Shown here: positions 23,989 through 37,382 of the stretch, piece by piece | How positions within the stretch are numbered: position 1 is the first letter of the stretch | How the letters are laid out: each line of letters opens with the position of its first letter | NCBI GenBank assembly: GCA_951406725.2 | Contig: OX597814.1 | Coordinates: 190,774,001-190,838,000 of the forward strand | Length of the DNA: 64,000 bases | Direction of reading: 5' to 3' | Source of the DNA: Octopus vulgaris | Lineage: Eukaryota | Program-made: the position numbers and the translations under genes | The notes under the pieces: model-generated | What the model was told of the DNA's origin: nothing | Database searches by the model: none | What the model saw: the letters and a program-made list of their open reading frames with translations, nothing else

Positions 23989-25926
23989 GATTTGGTTTGT
24001 AGGAAATTTGTCTATCAAATGTTATGGCAAATAGAGAGGTGGACTGTTGTTCTTTAGCCCCCCCCCACACACACACACACTAGCTGTGTGTAGAGAACCC
24101 CTTGGTCAAAGGTGTTCCAGTAATGACCAAGTGTTTTATTTCTATTTTTCAGGCATGACTTATCTAAGATTGAATTATCCAATATGTCCTTTTGTTGTTT
24201 TTAGTACAGTAGGCTGTGATTTGAAGATTTGGTTGCTTTTTCAAGCAGTCTGGGTGGCAACCATGTCGAAAATCTGTCATTTGATTATAAAGTAGCTTTT
24301 TGTTTCCTCTGTGTGTTTTTATTTTTTTATTTTCTTGTTTATCGTTTTGTTGTTATGCTTTGAAATACTTCAAAGTACTTCATGTTTACACAAACCTTTT
24401 GTTGTGATCATTCAAGTGATTTTCAATGTCTACTTGAATGTATATCAAAAAAAATAAATAAATATAATAGTTCAGATTAGAGAAACCGCATGCTTGAACT
24501 TGTGGAGGACAAGTGGAGCATTTAATAATCTTTGAACTTTTATATGTGTCTGATAAAACTTATCTGTGTCCCCTAAGTAAGGAAATGTTTAACCCTTTTT
24601 GTTACCATATTTCTGTTGAAAATCACTCAACATGCAGTTTTGATGAAAGGTTTTTAATTTGGATAACTTTAAAATGGGAAGTTTGTATTATAGAACTATG
24701 GGCAGCCCTAAGCAGGTTGATATCTCAAAGGTTAAACAATTACTATCCTTTTAAAGGTTGCTCCACTTATGGGACACCACATCTATGGAACAGTGTAAAA
24801 ATTAGTGAAATGATCCTGTTATATATATGATATGATATCTAGGATCATTTATTAATCATTTTATATCTCTCCCCTCCAGACTCTCTTACTCTTTTACTTG
24901 TTTCAGTCTTTTGACTGTGGCCATGCTGGAGCACCGCCTTTAGTCGAGCAAATTGACCCCCAGGACTTATTCTTTGTAACCCTAGTACTTATTCTATCGG
25001 TCTCTTTTGCCGAACTGCTAAGTTACAGGGATGTAAACACACCAGCATCGGTTGTCAAGCGATGTTGGGGAGACAGACACACAAACACATACACACACAC
25101 ATATATATATATACGACGGGCTTTCAGTTTCCGTCTACCAAATCCACTCACAAGGCTTTGGTCAGCCCGGGGCTATAGTAGAAGACACCTGCCCAAGGTG
25201 CCACGCAGTGGGACTGAACCCGGAACCATGTGGTTGGTAAGCAAGCTACTTACCACACAGCCACTCCTGTCATATTTTAAAATGTGCCAGTTATTTTATT
25301 CCATATAACCATAAACAGACTGAAAAATAACAAACGAATTACAAAATTATAAAATTTCACTTGTCTACTGCAATTGAATATTGTGATTATGGTGTGGCCT
25401 TGAAATACACCGTAATGTATTTATGCATACTCGCTGATCAAGGAGAAAGGGCAGTGCCCATGATTTTTACAGGGCCTCTGCTACTAGTTGGGAAATGGAA
25501 CAAGGGGCCAGAGACTTGATCTAAATGTTTGCAACAGAAAAGATTCTGCTAAAGTACTCAAGACCTAGGTTGGGTCTTGTGTACTTTATTCATATATTTC
25601 CATTCTTCACATGATTTTTATACCTGAATGCTCTTCTTAACTTAACTCGCCTTATATATATATAAAAATATATATATAAATTTTTATAATTATGAGTATA
25701 ATTATAATTAGGGTTCAGCAAAAAATTTGCTTCACCACATGCCGAAATTTAGAAATAGCAGTTAAAACTAGCTATTTCTCTACCATAAGAAAATCTCCTT
25801 TACCGATAATGGTTCATTTAACATACCAAACTACTTAGTAAAATTATCAATTATTAATTAATTAATTAATTTTACCCTTTATTATTTTATATATATATAT
25901 ATGTATGTATTCTTCTCATCAATAAG

Positions 25927-26055
25927 GACTGGTTTCGTTAACGAACAAATTGTTGCAACATCTACATGTCTATCAAGAAGTGAAATGTGTACCAGATATC
26001 ACAGCTGAAATATTTGTAATTATCTTTGAAGGCCTCTATGGTGAGAATCTCCCAG
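25927..26055 (+). CDS. CEP95: CEP95 coding exon 2 (GLVSLTNKLLQHLHVYQEVKCVPDITAEIFVIIFEGLYGENLP)
   Basis: AG/GT bounded, phase 1-1; resembles the CEP95 N-terminus as recalled (WVTIANNLL...ANVFIALYQSILGEKVP). Confidence 0.85.
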
Positions 26056-27750
26056 GTAAATTTTCAAAAATTTCTTTAATATACACACTTGTAGATTAAA
26101 ATACTGTATGTATTACATTATAATGTATATTATTTCTTTACTACCCACAAGGGGCTAAACACAGAGGGGACAAACAAGGACTGACAAACGGATTAAGTCG
26201 ATTACATCGACCCCAGTGCGTAACTGGTACTTAATTTATCGACTCCAAAAGGATGAAAGGCAAAGTCGACCTCGGCAGAATTTGAACTCGGAAAGTAACG
26301 ACAGATGAAATACGGCTACGCATTTCGCCCGGCGTGCTAACGTTTCTGCCAGCTCACCACCTTGTATAATGTATGTACAAACATAGAGCAGTACTAGCTG
26401 TAATATGTTGTCTCAGACAAACTTCTCAAAGAGACTTTTGTGTTGAAAACACAGTTTTTCTCAGAGTGCTAGTGGACATGGTGTTTCAGTTTTATTTAGT
26501 CCCCTCAGTGACAAATACCCTCCCTGAGTGTTTTGTGTTAAGCCAAAAATAGTTATTCTGATATAATAATCAGTTAAAAAAAGAACGATTACTGATTTGC
26601 GCAAAAGCTAACAAAGCTAGAATTCATTTAATATACTCTCTTGAAACAGCCTTATATTGAAATATTGTGTGTAGAGCATAATGTGTACACAACATGAACT
26701 GGCTTTAGCTCTAATATTTTGTCTGAAAGAAACTTTTCAAGGAGACTTGTGTGTTAAGAACACAGAACTTTGCTCAGAATATCAGTGGATTACCAGACAT
26801 GGTATTTCAACTTGATTTGGTGACAAATATCCTGGTTGTTCTGTGCTAAGTTGAAAATGCTTGTTCCACCGTGGTGGTGGTGCTGCTGCTGCTGCTGCTC
26901 CAGCAACAACAACAATAATGAAATTATTGTATATAGTGCTGAGGTGCACCACAACTTGTCAAAAGTGTGTATAAAGCATATGCAGTAATCAATAATATCA
27001 ATAATCATTGGAACACATGGTTATGTAAGTAAATCTCTGAATAACAATCTGGAAAAGTTGCTTAGATTTTTCCATGGGTGATGTTAAAAATAAGTATTGA
27101 TTTTAGAAATGATTTCAATAAGGTTTGATAGATTGGCAGGATTGATAAAGTGTTGGACAAAAATCCAAGTCCTTGCTGTATTTTTGCTATGATCCTTAAT
27201 ATTCTGAGTTCAAATTACACTAAGGTTGTCTTTATTCTTATTAGAAATCATTCTCTTCAAGCAAAAAGTATGTCAGTCATGGCCTGTGGATCTGGTTTAA
27301 TCCATCTTTTGTGAACAGATATAGCCAGAGCGAGAAAGGTCAGCTCTAGTTGAACAGATCTGTCACTGAAAGTGTTTGAAACATGACAATCCTGGTTTTT
27401 TGGGAGTGCATTATTCAAAGGTTCCTTCCTTTTTTTGAAGACAGAGAAGACCAAACTCACATTCACATGATCTGTTGGGCATAGTGAACCTGAAAGATTA
27501 TTTTAGAGTGGTAGGAGTTCCACTTCCTTAATATTCTCTCTTTACTCTTTTACTTGCTCCAGACATTTGACTGGGGCCATGCTGGAGCACTGCCTTTAGT
27601 CAAGCTAATCGACCCCAGGACTTATTCTTTGTAAACCTAGTACTTATTCTATTGGTCTCTTTTGTCGAACCACTAAGTTACAGGGACATTAACACACCAG
27701 CATTAGTTGTCAAGTGATGTTGGGGAGGGGGAGACAAACACACACACGCA

Positions 27751-28214
27751 TCTCTTATTATAAAAGGCAGATTTTATCTGCCTCCCTTTGGGAGTTATAC
27801 AAATCTACAATATAGGATTTCTTCAATTACAATTTACCTGGCATTTTTAAGAGTACAATGCATCGTGTCATGCCAGGTCCAGTTTTTAAAATTTAAACTC
27901 CAATTAAGCAAAATTTACAGAAAACTCACATTCTGGTGTGTGTGTCAAATGCTTTTCTTAGTCTGGTTTACACCACACGCAAACGCACACACACAGTGGG
28001 CAACGAATAAAATGAAAGTAAAAAGCGGACAGAGTGATTTGAGGAAGACTAAAGTGAAAGTATTCTGTCTATGACGATGATAGATACATGAGTAAAATGT
28101 ATGGGAAGCTAAGAGCTAAGAGTGAGTGAAAATGTTCTTGGAAGAGAGTAATTAGTAATAAAGTAAACATACACTCATACATACATACATACATACATAC
28201 ATACATACATACAT

Positions 28215-28251
<37 letters not shown>

Positions 28252-29518
28252 TACATACACACACACATACATACATACATATACATACATACATACACAC
28301 ACACACATACACACACACACAGTATTGAAGCTTGAGAACAATCAGATACATTTGCAACACATCTGTTGAAAATATTATTGTTCACACACATACATATACA
28401 TATATACATACAGACAGACAGACAGATAGACACACACACACACATGATCCAGCATGGCCACAACCTCAAGGCTGAAACATATAAAAGAATAACAGAATAT
28501 AAATGTGTGCAAAGTACAAGAAATATTAATGCAGTATATGGGGATTGGACAATAAGCGTAAGGCAGTGTCAATGGTGGTTCCAGAAATCCCGAGCCATAA
28601 ACTACAGCCTAGAAGACGAGCCTCATCCTGAAAGATCTGTAGAACTCGACAAGGACATCCTGAAAACCCTGGTGGAACAAAATCTCATCGTAACTGTTGA
28701 GGAACTAGCAGAGAAGCTTGGATTTGGTCATTCAACCATTCATTGACACCTGTGTGCTATCGGAAAAGTCAGCAAATTGGGTCAATGGGTTCCTCACGAA
28801 CTTTCCGAGTCTAATTGCATGCAGAGAGTGAATGTATGCTTTTCTTTGCTGTCATATCTCACCACTACTGCACTATGTATATCTATATATATAAAACTGT
28901 AGTTGTGTGAGTGTCTGTCCCCTTCGATTTAGATTCCTAACTACTCCCACATTTTGCGGTACAGTTTAACCAAATTCGGGTAGCTTATAGTCGTGATTCA
29001 TATCGAGCCCGTCTGAATATTAGCGCGCGTCTACGATGAGTCTCCGATTTAAAAAATAATTTAACATCATTTTTTATTCCATTTTAATGCATAATTTTTC
29101 GTGTGTCGATGGCGGCGGAGTTGGCGTCCACGCTCACATCTGCACCTGTGGGGAAGGGAGTGTAAGGAAATCAACGTCGTAATGCATTGTCAAGGAGACC
29201 AGTGTTCTTTTAGAACAACGACTTCATGGCTTCAAGACACCAAAACAGAAATGGCTAAGAAAGCGTCTACATGAGTCTACGATTTAAAAAAAAATTTACC
29301 ATCGTTTTTTTTCCATTTTAATGCATTTTTTCGCTATTATATAAGGGAAGTAACTCTCTAAAAATGTCTACGATGAGTCAACGATTTTAAAAAAATTTAC
29401 CATCATATTTTTTCCATTTTTAATGCATTTTTTGCTATTTTTTGGCTATAACTCTCTAAAAATGCTTATATAGTTATTTCCCTTACAAACCCGAGCAACG
29501 CCGGGCGATACTGGCTAG
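27751..29518 (+). mobile_element. Composite non-autonomous Helitron, copy 2, inside a family A SINE
   Basis: Near-identical to 17577-19412 with the same termini, A|TC...CTAG|T, but unrelated flanks; mariner fragment at ~28512-28855. Confidence 0.85.
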
Positions 29519-30045
29519 TATATATATATACATATATACGACAGGCTTCTTTCAGTTTCCATCTACCAAATCCACTCACAAGGCTTTGGTTGGCCTGAGG
29601 CTATAGTAGAAGACACTTGCCCAAGGTGCCGTGCAGTGGGACTGAACCCGGAACCATGTGGTTGGTAAGCAAGCTACTTACCACACAGCCACTCCTGCAC
29701 CTGTGGATCAGAGATAGCATATCTATCCTTTACAGGATACTGTATTTTTTTCAGATTACAAACATTCCCAGATGATTTGGTACCTCTTCTAGACAAATAA
29801 ATGACCAAAAGTAATATAGAGTAAAGTTCACAGCACAAAAGTTCTACAAATACCTGCAGAGGGCTTGAAATCACAGCCTAAGAATCAGTAGTCCTCTACC
29901 TTATTCACTCAGCTATCTCTCCTCAATGTTGTTTAGAGGGAGCAAAGATTTTTGAGGATGGTAAAATGTTCGTACTGATAAATATGGTAAATAAAGCTTT
30001 GATTTATCAAAGTGAACCTTTATTATTATTTTTTTCTTTTTCCAG

Positions 30046-30279
30046 AACTCCATAGTAGACCTGTAACAAAAGAGGACAATATCCATAATTGCCAAGTTGT
30101 AATCGATGCTTTAGCAACCAAAGTTCTGAATACTTCCCTTTCTCACATCACTGGTGAAAGCATTGTCAATGGAAACAGAACGGCAATTAACAACTTGCTT
30201 GAGATATTCACCGATTTGTTTGAGTTTCTTACTGAGAAGATAGAAGCTGTGGAAGATGTGGTTGATGATGGCCTAGAAG
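30046..30279 (+). CDS. CEP95: CEP95 coding exon 3 (ELHSRPVTKEDNIHNCQVVIDALATKVLNTSLSHITGESIVNGNRTAINNLLEIFTDLFEFLTEKIE...)
   Basis: Strong acceptor; hallmark SLSHITGE.IV.G....I.NLLEIF of the conserved CEP95 N-terminal domain; phase 1-1. Confidence 0.95.
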
Positions 30280-32568
30280 GTAGTTATTACTTCTGAAAAT
30301 TTTTATCTGTTTTTTTTTTTATATTCATCATCATCATCATTATCGTTTAATGTCCACTTTCCATGCTTGCATGAGTTGGACGATTTTCACCGAGGGCTGG
30401 TGAACCAGATGGCTGCACCGGGATCCAATCTTGATCTGGCAGAGTTTCTACAGGTGGATGCCCTTCCTAATGCCAACCACTCCGAGAGTGTAGTGGGTGC
30501 TTTTTACGTGCCACTGGCACAGGGGCCAGTCAGGTGGTACTAGCAACGACCTCGCTCGAATCTTTTTACACATGCCACCGGCACAGGTGCCAGTAAGGCA
30601 ACGCTGGTAAAGATCACGCTCGAATGGTGCCTTTTACATGCCACCGACACGGAAGTCAGTTAGCCGCTCTGGCAATCGAATATTCTAATACTTTATTAGA
30701 ATATTGGCGGTGACAGATGATACCTCTCACTTGCAGTGACTTTGTAATAATCTTTGGGGGAAAAAAAAGGAATTTTTTTTTTTCTACCATGTGTCTAGAC
30801 CTGGAGAAGAATTAACAGGTGTTCTCATTAGGAAATTGGGATCTTTGAGATTTTCCCATGGATATAAGGCTAGGTACAGTAGTTCCAGTTGGAAATTGAA
30901 ACTGGATTACGGACTCAGTCCGTTGTGAATTTGTCACCCATAGGAAATGAAGCAGACCTGCAAACTTCAGTTCACAATGTTAACTGCTTCAGTTAAAACC
31001 TTCACTCACCTCAGTTATAACCTTCACTCCAATACTTTGCTAATAAAAGTTGATTAGATCAAAAGCTCTCTTTGTTAGAGTTCTAGATATAGTCAATTCA
31101 ATTGACTGGAATATATTATATGTCATCATCATCTCTTTAATGTCCAGTTTTCCATGCTCACATGGATTGGGCAGAATGTGGTGAGGTTTATTCAGCAATG
31201 GCACTTGTGCCAGTGGAACATGAACAAAACATTCAGGCGAGGTCATTGCCAGTGCCGCTGGACTGACACCTGTGCAGGTGGCACGTAAAAAACACCATTT
31301 CGAGCATGGCCGTTACCAGTACCGCTAGACTAGCCCTCGTGCAGGTGGCTTGTAAAAACACCCACTACACTCTCGGAGTGGTTGGCATTAGGAAGGGCAT
31401 CCAGCTGTAGAAACTCTGCCAGATCAACAGTGGAGCCTGGTGCAGCCATCTGGTTCACCAGTCCTCAGTCAAATCATCCAACCCATGCTAGCATGGAAAG
31501 CAGATGTTAAATGATGATGATGATATTTATCTCCATTCAGCTCTTATCATTCATCATCATCAGTTTAACTTCTACTTTTCCATGCTTGCATGGGTTGAAT
31601 ACAATTTGTTGAGGCTGATTTTCTATGGCTGGATGTCCTTCCAGTTGCCAACAGTCATCTGTTTTCAGGCAAAGTAAAAATTTCTCCATGGTCAGCTATG
31701 TTTTCAAGAAAGATTGGAAATGAAGGACCCTGCTTGCATGATGATAATATTTGTATAAAGCAATTATGTGAAGTCAAGTCAAGGAGACAGTAACACACAC
31801 ACAATATCTGTCTGTTGATCGGTCCATCCAACTATCCATACATCCATCCACTGGGCTTCTTTCGGTTTCCATCTACCAAATCCACTCACAAGGCTTTGGT
31901 TGACCTGGAGTTATGGCCCAAGGTGCCATGCAATGGGACTTAACCCAAAGCCATGTTGGTAGGAAGCAAATATCATACCTGCACCATTTTAATATTTCTG
32001 TGCCGGTGGCATGTAAAAAGCACCCACTACACTCACGGAGTGGTTGGCGTTAGGAAGGGCATCCAGCTGTAGAAAACACTGACAGATCAGACTGGAGCCT
32101 AGTGCAGCCTTCTGGCTTACCAGACCCCGGTCGAACCATCCAACCCATGCTAGCACGGAAAACAGATGTTAAACGATGATGATGATACTTAATTTATCGA
32201 CCCCAAAAGGAAATGTTTCTGTTATTGTCATCATCACCAATGTTCTTTAGAAAATATCAATCTTGAACAAGGTCAAATGAAGGACTGCAAGATGTTATGG
32301 GTTAAAGCAGCAGATCTCAAATTTGCAGCTACAAGCTTGACGAGAAAACAAAATAGTGTGCATCAATATAATTCTTCTCTCTTGGCCATAATATTGTACA
32401 AGTTTCAAAAGTTTTTAAGTACAATATAATTTAATTTTATTAAATAAGGCAATTTGCCTTATTTTCAATCTTCACTGAACTCTGAGGGATTCCTCTTCTC
32501 TTCATGAGAAACATGGATTAAAGGGTCTTGACTAAAGTCTTCAACACTTGTGATTATTATATTTACAG

Positions 32569-32641
32569 ATTTCATTCGGGATAAGGCATTTTTGGAAGAT
32601 TGGATTCACCAAAAACACATAGAAGATAATAAAGAGAAGCT
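32569..32641 (+). CDS. CEP95: CEP95 coding exon 4 (DFIRDKAFLEDWIHQKHIEDNKEKL)
   Basis: tttacag / gtgagt, phase 1-2, open frame. Confidence 0.75.
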
Positions 32642-34302
32642 GTGAGTACCTTCATAAATTATTTCTCTTTATCGTAATGTGGAAGTGAATTCTAATGGTA
32701 AGCTGAGTCACCAATTCTGGTTCAGTGTCAAATTGGAACCACTTTTAATAATAATGAGGTGTATAATAATAATAATAATAAGCTTACTGTATGCAGTGCT
32801 CAGATGTCCTCATTGGAAAAGGGTTAGAAGAGAGGTTGTGTCCTTGAGCAGGACACTTTATTTCACGTTGCTCCAGTCCACTCAGCTGGCAAAAATGAGT
32901 TGTACCTGTATTTCAAAGGGCCGACCTTGTCACACTCTGTGTCACGCTGAATCTCCCTGAGAACTATGTTAGGGGTACACGTGTCTGTGGATTGCTCAGT
33001 CACTTGGATGTTAATTTCACGAGCAAGCTGTTCCATTGATCGTATCAGCTGGGACCCTCGTCGTCGTAACCGACGGAGTGCTCCGAAAAGGAGAGAGGAC
33101 AGAAAGTAGCAATAAGTCGAGTAAAGAAAGACAGCAATGGTAGCCAAAAGTGTATGCATAGTACATAGAATAATACACAAAAGACAGAATAGTGAACAGA
33201 AAAAGAGCCATGGAAAGGAAAGTGTACATAGGAAGCATGGAATTTTCGATGTCCTAGCAGCTAAAAATTAATGCAGGTAGTTTATTTCATGTGTCAACTA
33301 TTCTGAGCATGGGAAAATGTTTCTTAAATGTGTGTACAGCTACTCTGAAGATTAGAGAATTAAGTGCTGGAGTACCATATTGTTGATTAGTACCTCAGTG
33401 CTTGTGTATCACACTTGTTTGGCATTTTAGTTTGGTGTATGACACAGTTGGTACTTCTGTGCTGAAATGCCACACTTTTAGTCGGTACCTCAGTGCTTGA
33501 GTACCACACTGTCAGTTAGTACCTCATTGCTGGAAAACAACATGACTAGCTAGAAGATAATTATTCCCTGCCTGGTGAAAATGCCTGAACAGAGGCACCA
33601 CCTCCTATAAACAGAACAAGATTGCAAGGACACAAAGTAAGCATAAACTACACAAGTCCAGCTCCAACTCTTTGCCTCCAGTCCCAACAGACCCTCATTG
33701 CCTGACCTGTGGCAGAGCCTTCTGAGCATGCATTGGATTGATTGGCCACAGCCAGAAACACTGTGCCCCATCTTCTCCTATATGATGTCCTTGGTCATTG
33801 TCAACAATGACAGATGAACTAATAATAATGATAATAATATTGGTTTCAAATTTTGCCACAAGGGCAGCAGTTTGTGGGGAGGAGATGAGTCGATTACATT
33901 GACCCCAGTGGTACTTATTTTATCGACCCCGAAAGGATGAAAGTTGAAGTCAACCTTAGTGGAACTTGAACTCACAATGAAGTGACAGGTAAAATACTGT
34001 TAAGCCTCTCATCTAGCATACTAACGATTCTGCCAGCCTGCCACCTTTAATAATAATAATAATAATAATAATCATCCTCATCATCATCATGATCGTTAAC
34101 GTCTGCTTTCCATGCTAGCATGGGTTGGATGATTTGACTGAGGACTGGCGAACTTGACCCTTGTTTTTCCCAAGATTCTAATGTAATGCAAATTTTACAA
34201 TCTGTTGTATTCTAGTATTTAAAGAATAAAATACATGTTGTTGGTTACCTGAAATTGTTTATATTACTATTATACTGAGAACTTTATTATTGTCTTATCT
34301 AG

Positions 34303-34400
34303 TTCTTCTCCAGGAGCAACATCTGGCTGTACTCGCTTTGCTTGGCAGGACAGCACCACAGTAGCAGAAAAGGAAGATGATCGGAAGATATTTGAGCCAG
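34303..34400 (+). CDS. CEP95: CEP95 coding exon 5 (SSPGATSGCTRFAWQDSTTVAEKEDDRKIFEP)
   Basis: tatctag / gtttgc, phase 2-1, open and compatible with both neighbours. Confidence 0.7.
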
Positions 34401-37070
34401 GTTTGCTAATTTTAATATCTCGTTATTATTCTGGATGACGGAATTGGTAGAACATTGGACAAAATACTTTGTAGTGTAAGGTAGTATATGTTCTAAGTCA
34501 CAATCCGGCTTTGCTCTTCAACCTTCAGAGGATGATGAAATATTTAAGCATTGGGGTCAATACAATATATACAATCCATGGAAAACAGAGTTTAGACAAT
34601 GAATATATATACACATATTCAAGCAGGGTTGTTACCAGTGCCACCGGACTGGCTACCATGGAGGTAGCACGTAAAAACACATTTTGAGCATGGTCATTGC
34701 CAGAAGCACCTGACTGGCCCTCATGCTGGTGGCACATAAAAAGCACCCATTTCTTTATTACCCACAAGGGGCTAAACATAGAAGGGACAAACAAGAACAG
34801 ACATAGGTATTAAGTCGATTACATCGACCCCAGTGCGTAACTGGTACTTAATTTATCGACCCCGAAAGGATGAAAGGTAAAGTCGACCTCGGCGGAATTT
34901 GAACTCACAACGTAACGGCAGACGAAATACCGCTAAGCATTTCGCTCGACGTGCTAACGTTTCTGCCAGCTCGCCGCCTTATAAAAAGCACATAAAAAGC
35001 ACCCACTACACTCTCAGAGTGGTTGGCGTTAGGAAGGGCATCCAGCTGTAGAAACTTTGCAAGATCAGATTGAGCCTGGTGCAGCCTCTGGCTCACCAGT
35101 CCTCAGTCAAGCCATCCAACCCAGCATGGAAAGCGGATGTAAAACGATGATGATGATGGTATACACATATATGAGGGTGGTTCAGAAAGTAATGCAATTT
35201 TAATTTGCATGACTTTTCCTTCACCCTCACATATATGAGGGTCTGTCAGTCCGGGTTTTGTCTCCGTTAACAGGGTCGTTGGATCTACTTCAGTGCCATA
35301 GCAACCACCTTCACACCATCTCACCAGCTTTCCCGGTTTTGGGCACCCTCCTTTTTCAAACTACCTTGAAATAAACTACCTTGTATGAATTTGCAATACA
35401 CACACACACACCTCTGAATGTGGTACCATAACAAGGTACTACATCATCAGTCCAGTCACTAAAACCAGTAAAAGAAGGAAAGAGTATTCACACGACCACA
35501 AATTTTTGTGGTTGGGTTTGACATAATTTGATTAAACACAGTACTTGAGTAGTGCTTATTTTCTCAGTCACCAGATGAAAGTTAAAGTCAGTTTCACAGG
35601 GATTTGAACTCTAAGCAAAAATTGGCATAAATAAATAAATAAATACAACAAAGCATTCAGTTCTCTAATTAACTATTTCTACCATTTCATTGTCTTCCTT
35701 ATTGACATAAATTACTCTCGTCATTAACCTCATTTAACGTCTGTTTTCCATGCTGGCATGGTTTGGTCAGTTTGAGAGAATCCAGCAAACCACAGGACCG
35801 CATTGAGCTCCATTGACATGGTTTCTTCTGCTGGATACCCCTCCTAACACCAAAGATGTCCTCCCTAATGCCAATGCTCATATTAATGACAAGCAAAATG
35901 CCCCCCGTTCAGTGGATATTTAAACCAAGTTTTCTCAAAACAACTTGTCCAACCGTCCCATAGGCCTCCCCTTTGAGAAACACTGATTTAACCTAAATTT
36001 GAGACACCAACAAAAGATGTAATTGACTTAATCCCTTTGTCTGTCCTTGTTTGTCCTCTCTATGTTTAGCCCCTTGTGGGCAATAAAGAAATATAAAAGT
36101 TGTTAAGATCTGATGCGAATGAGATTTGGTTGTTATTTCTAGCAGGTAGAGAGACCATGTAGAATCATATATTGAAATAGTGGCTTGTATATGTGTATGC
36201 ATGCACGTGAGTATGTATTTACATCGTGTGTGTGTGGCATGCATGCGTGTGAAAGTTGTAGCAACATTTAGTTGTTGTCCAATGACAATAATACTTATGT
36301 CTCAACAAACTGGGGGGAACCTATACAACGTTCAACTTGCTAGAAATAGCAGCCAAATCTTGCTCAAATTATCTTGCTGTCCTAAAGGAAAAAAGGAAGT
36401 AGGATGATCATTGTTAGAATGTTGTTGGTCATAAGTCTATTCACTTGGTGTAGACTTGGGTTAAACAACATCAGCAACAAATGGTGTCTCTTAAACTTCT
36501 TCAATCACTGAACTATCTTATTTATTTCATATATCTTCCCTTACTACTACCCACTCCTTTGAGGGTATAAAGTGATGGTGGGGATTGTAAGGTACACCTA
36601 ACAGGTAATAAATATATGTGTATGTAAGTTTGTATGTCTGTACTTATGTATACTCATACTCACACATATACAATATATGCTATCTATAACTAGTCTTAAT
36701 TATCCTATTGCATACCCTGACTACCTCAGTCATTTGTCTATTCATTTCTCAGTTAACAGTATGCCTACCCTACCTGTACCATCATTTTTACTTACCCAGA
36801 AGAATTTATATTGCTTTGAGGAGTTTAGCTGAGGATCCTTTCCATCTTATCTTCTGCACACAGCACACATCTATTCATCTCTGCTACAACATCTCCACAA
36901 TTACACCAGACCTCCATTAATTGGTGCAACCCTTAAATTTTGTAACTATTTGGAAGAAGGAAGGGATTTTCTGTGATAAATCTGTTCATTGTCCCTGTAT
37001 CTGTACCGTACAGAAGATGTCTTGTATTATTCTTTCATTCATTCAGTGTTTTTCTTTTACTTTCATAAAG

Positions 37071-37382
37071 ATATACTCAATCGTACGATGACACTTGGAT
37101 CATACCATGTCCCAGATGTTACTGAGCCAGTTCCATCGATACCAGCTCAAACTCCAGACATTCTTGATCAACCTACATATCCACCAAAGAAAGTTAAAAA
37201 AAGTGTTAAAATTCAAAGTAAAGAGAAACAAGATTTTGTGCCTTTATTTTTACCAACATCTAAGCCTCCAGAATATATCACCAAAGTTCATTCCTCTTGC
37301 CAAACCATACCATTTTATGATGAACCATTGAAAGATAGGAATTATCAGGAAGATAATGGTCCTCGGAAGATTATTGGTTCAG
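37071..37382 (+). CDS. CEP95: CEP95 coding exon 6 (DILNRTMTLGSYHVPD...GPRKIIGS)
   Basis: 312-nt open frame in unique sequence, aag / gtaaaa, phase 1-1. Confidence 0.8.

Noticed and set aside
26398-26830. Old ~100-bp direct duplication (~26398 and ~26710)
   Set aside because: Highly diverged intronic duplication with no ORF or structure seen.
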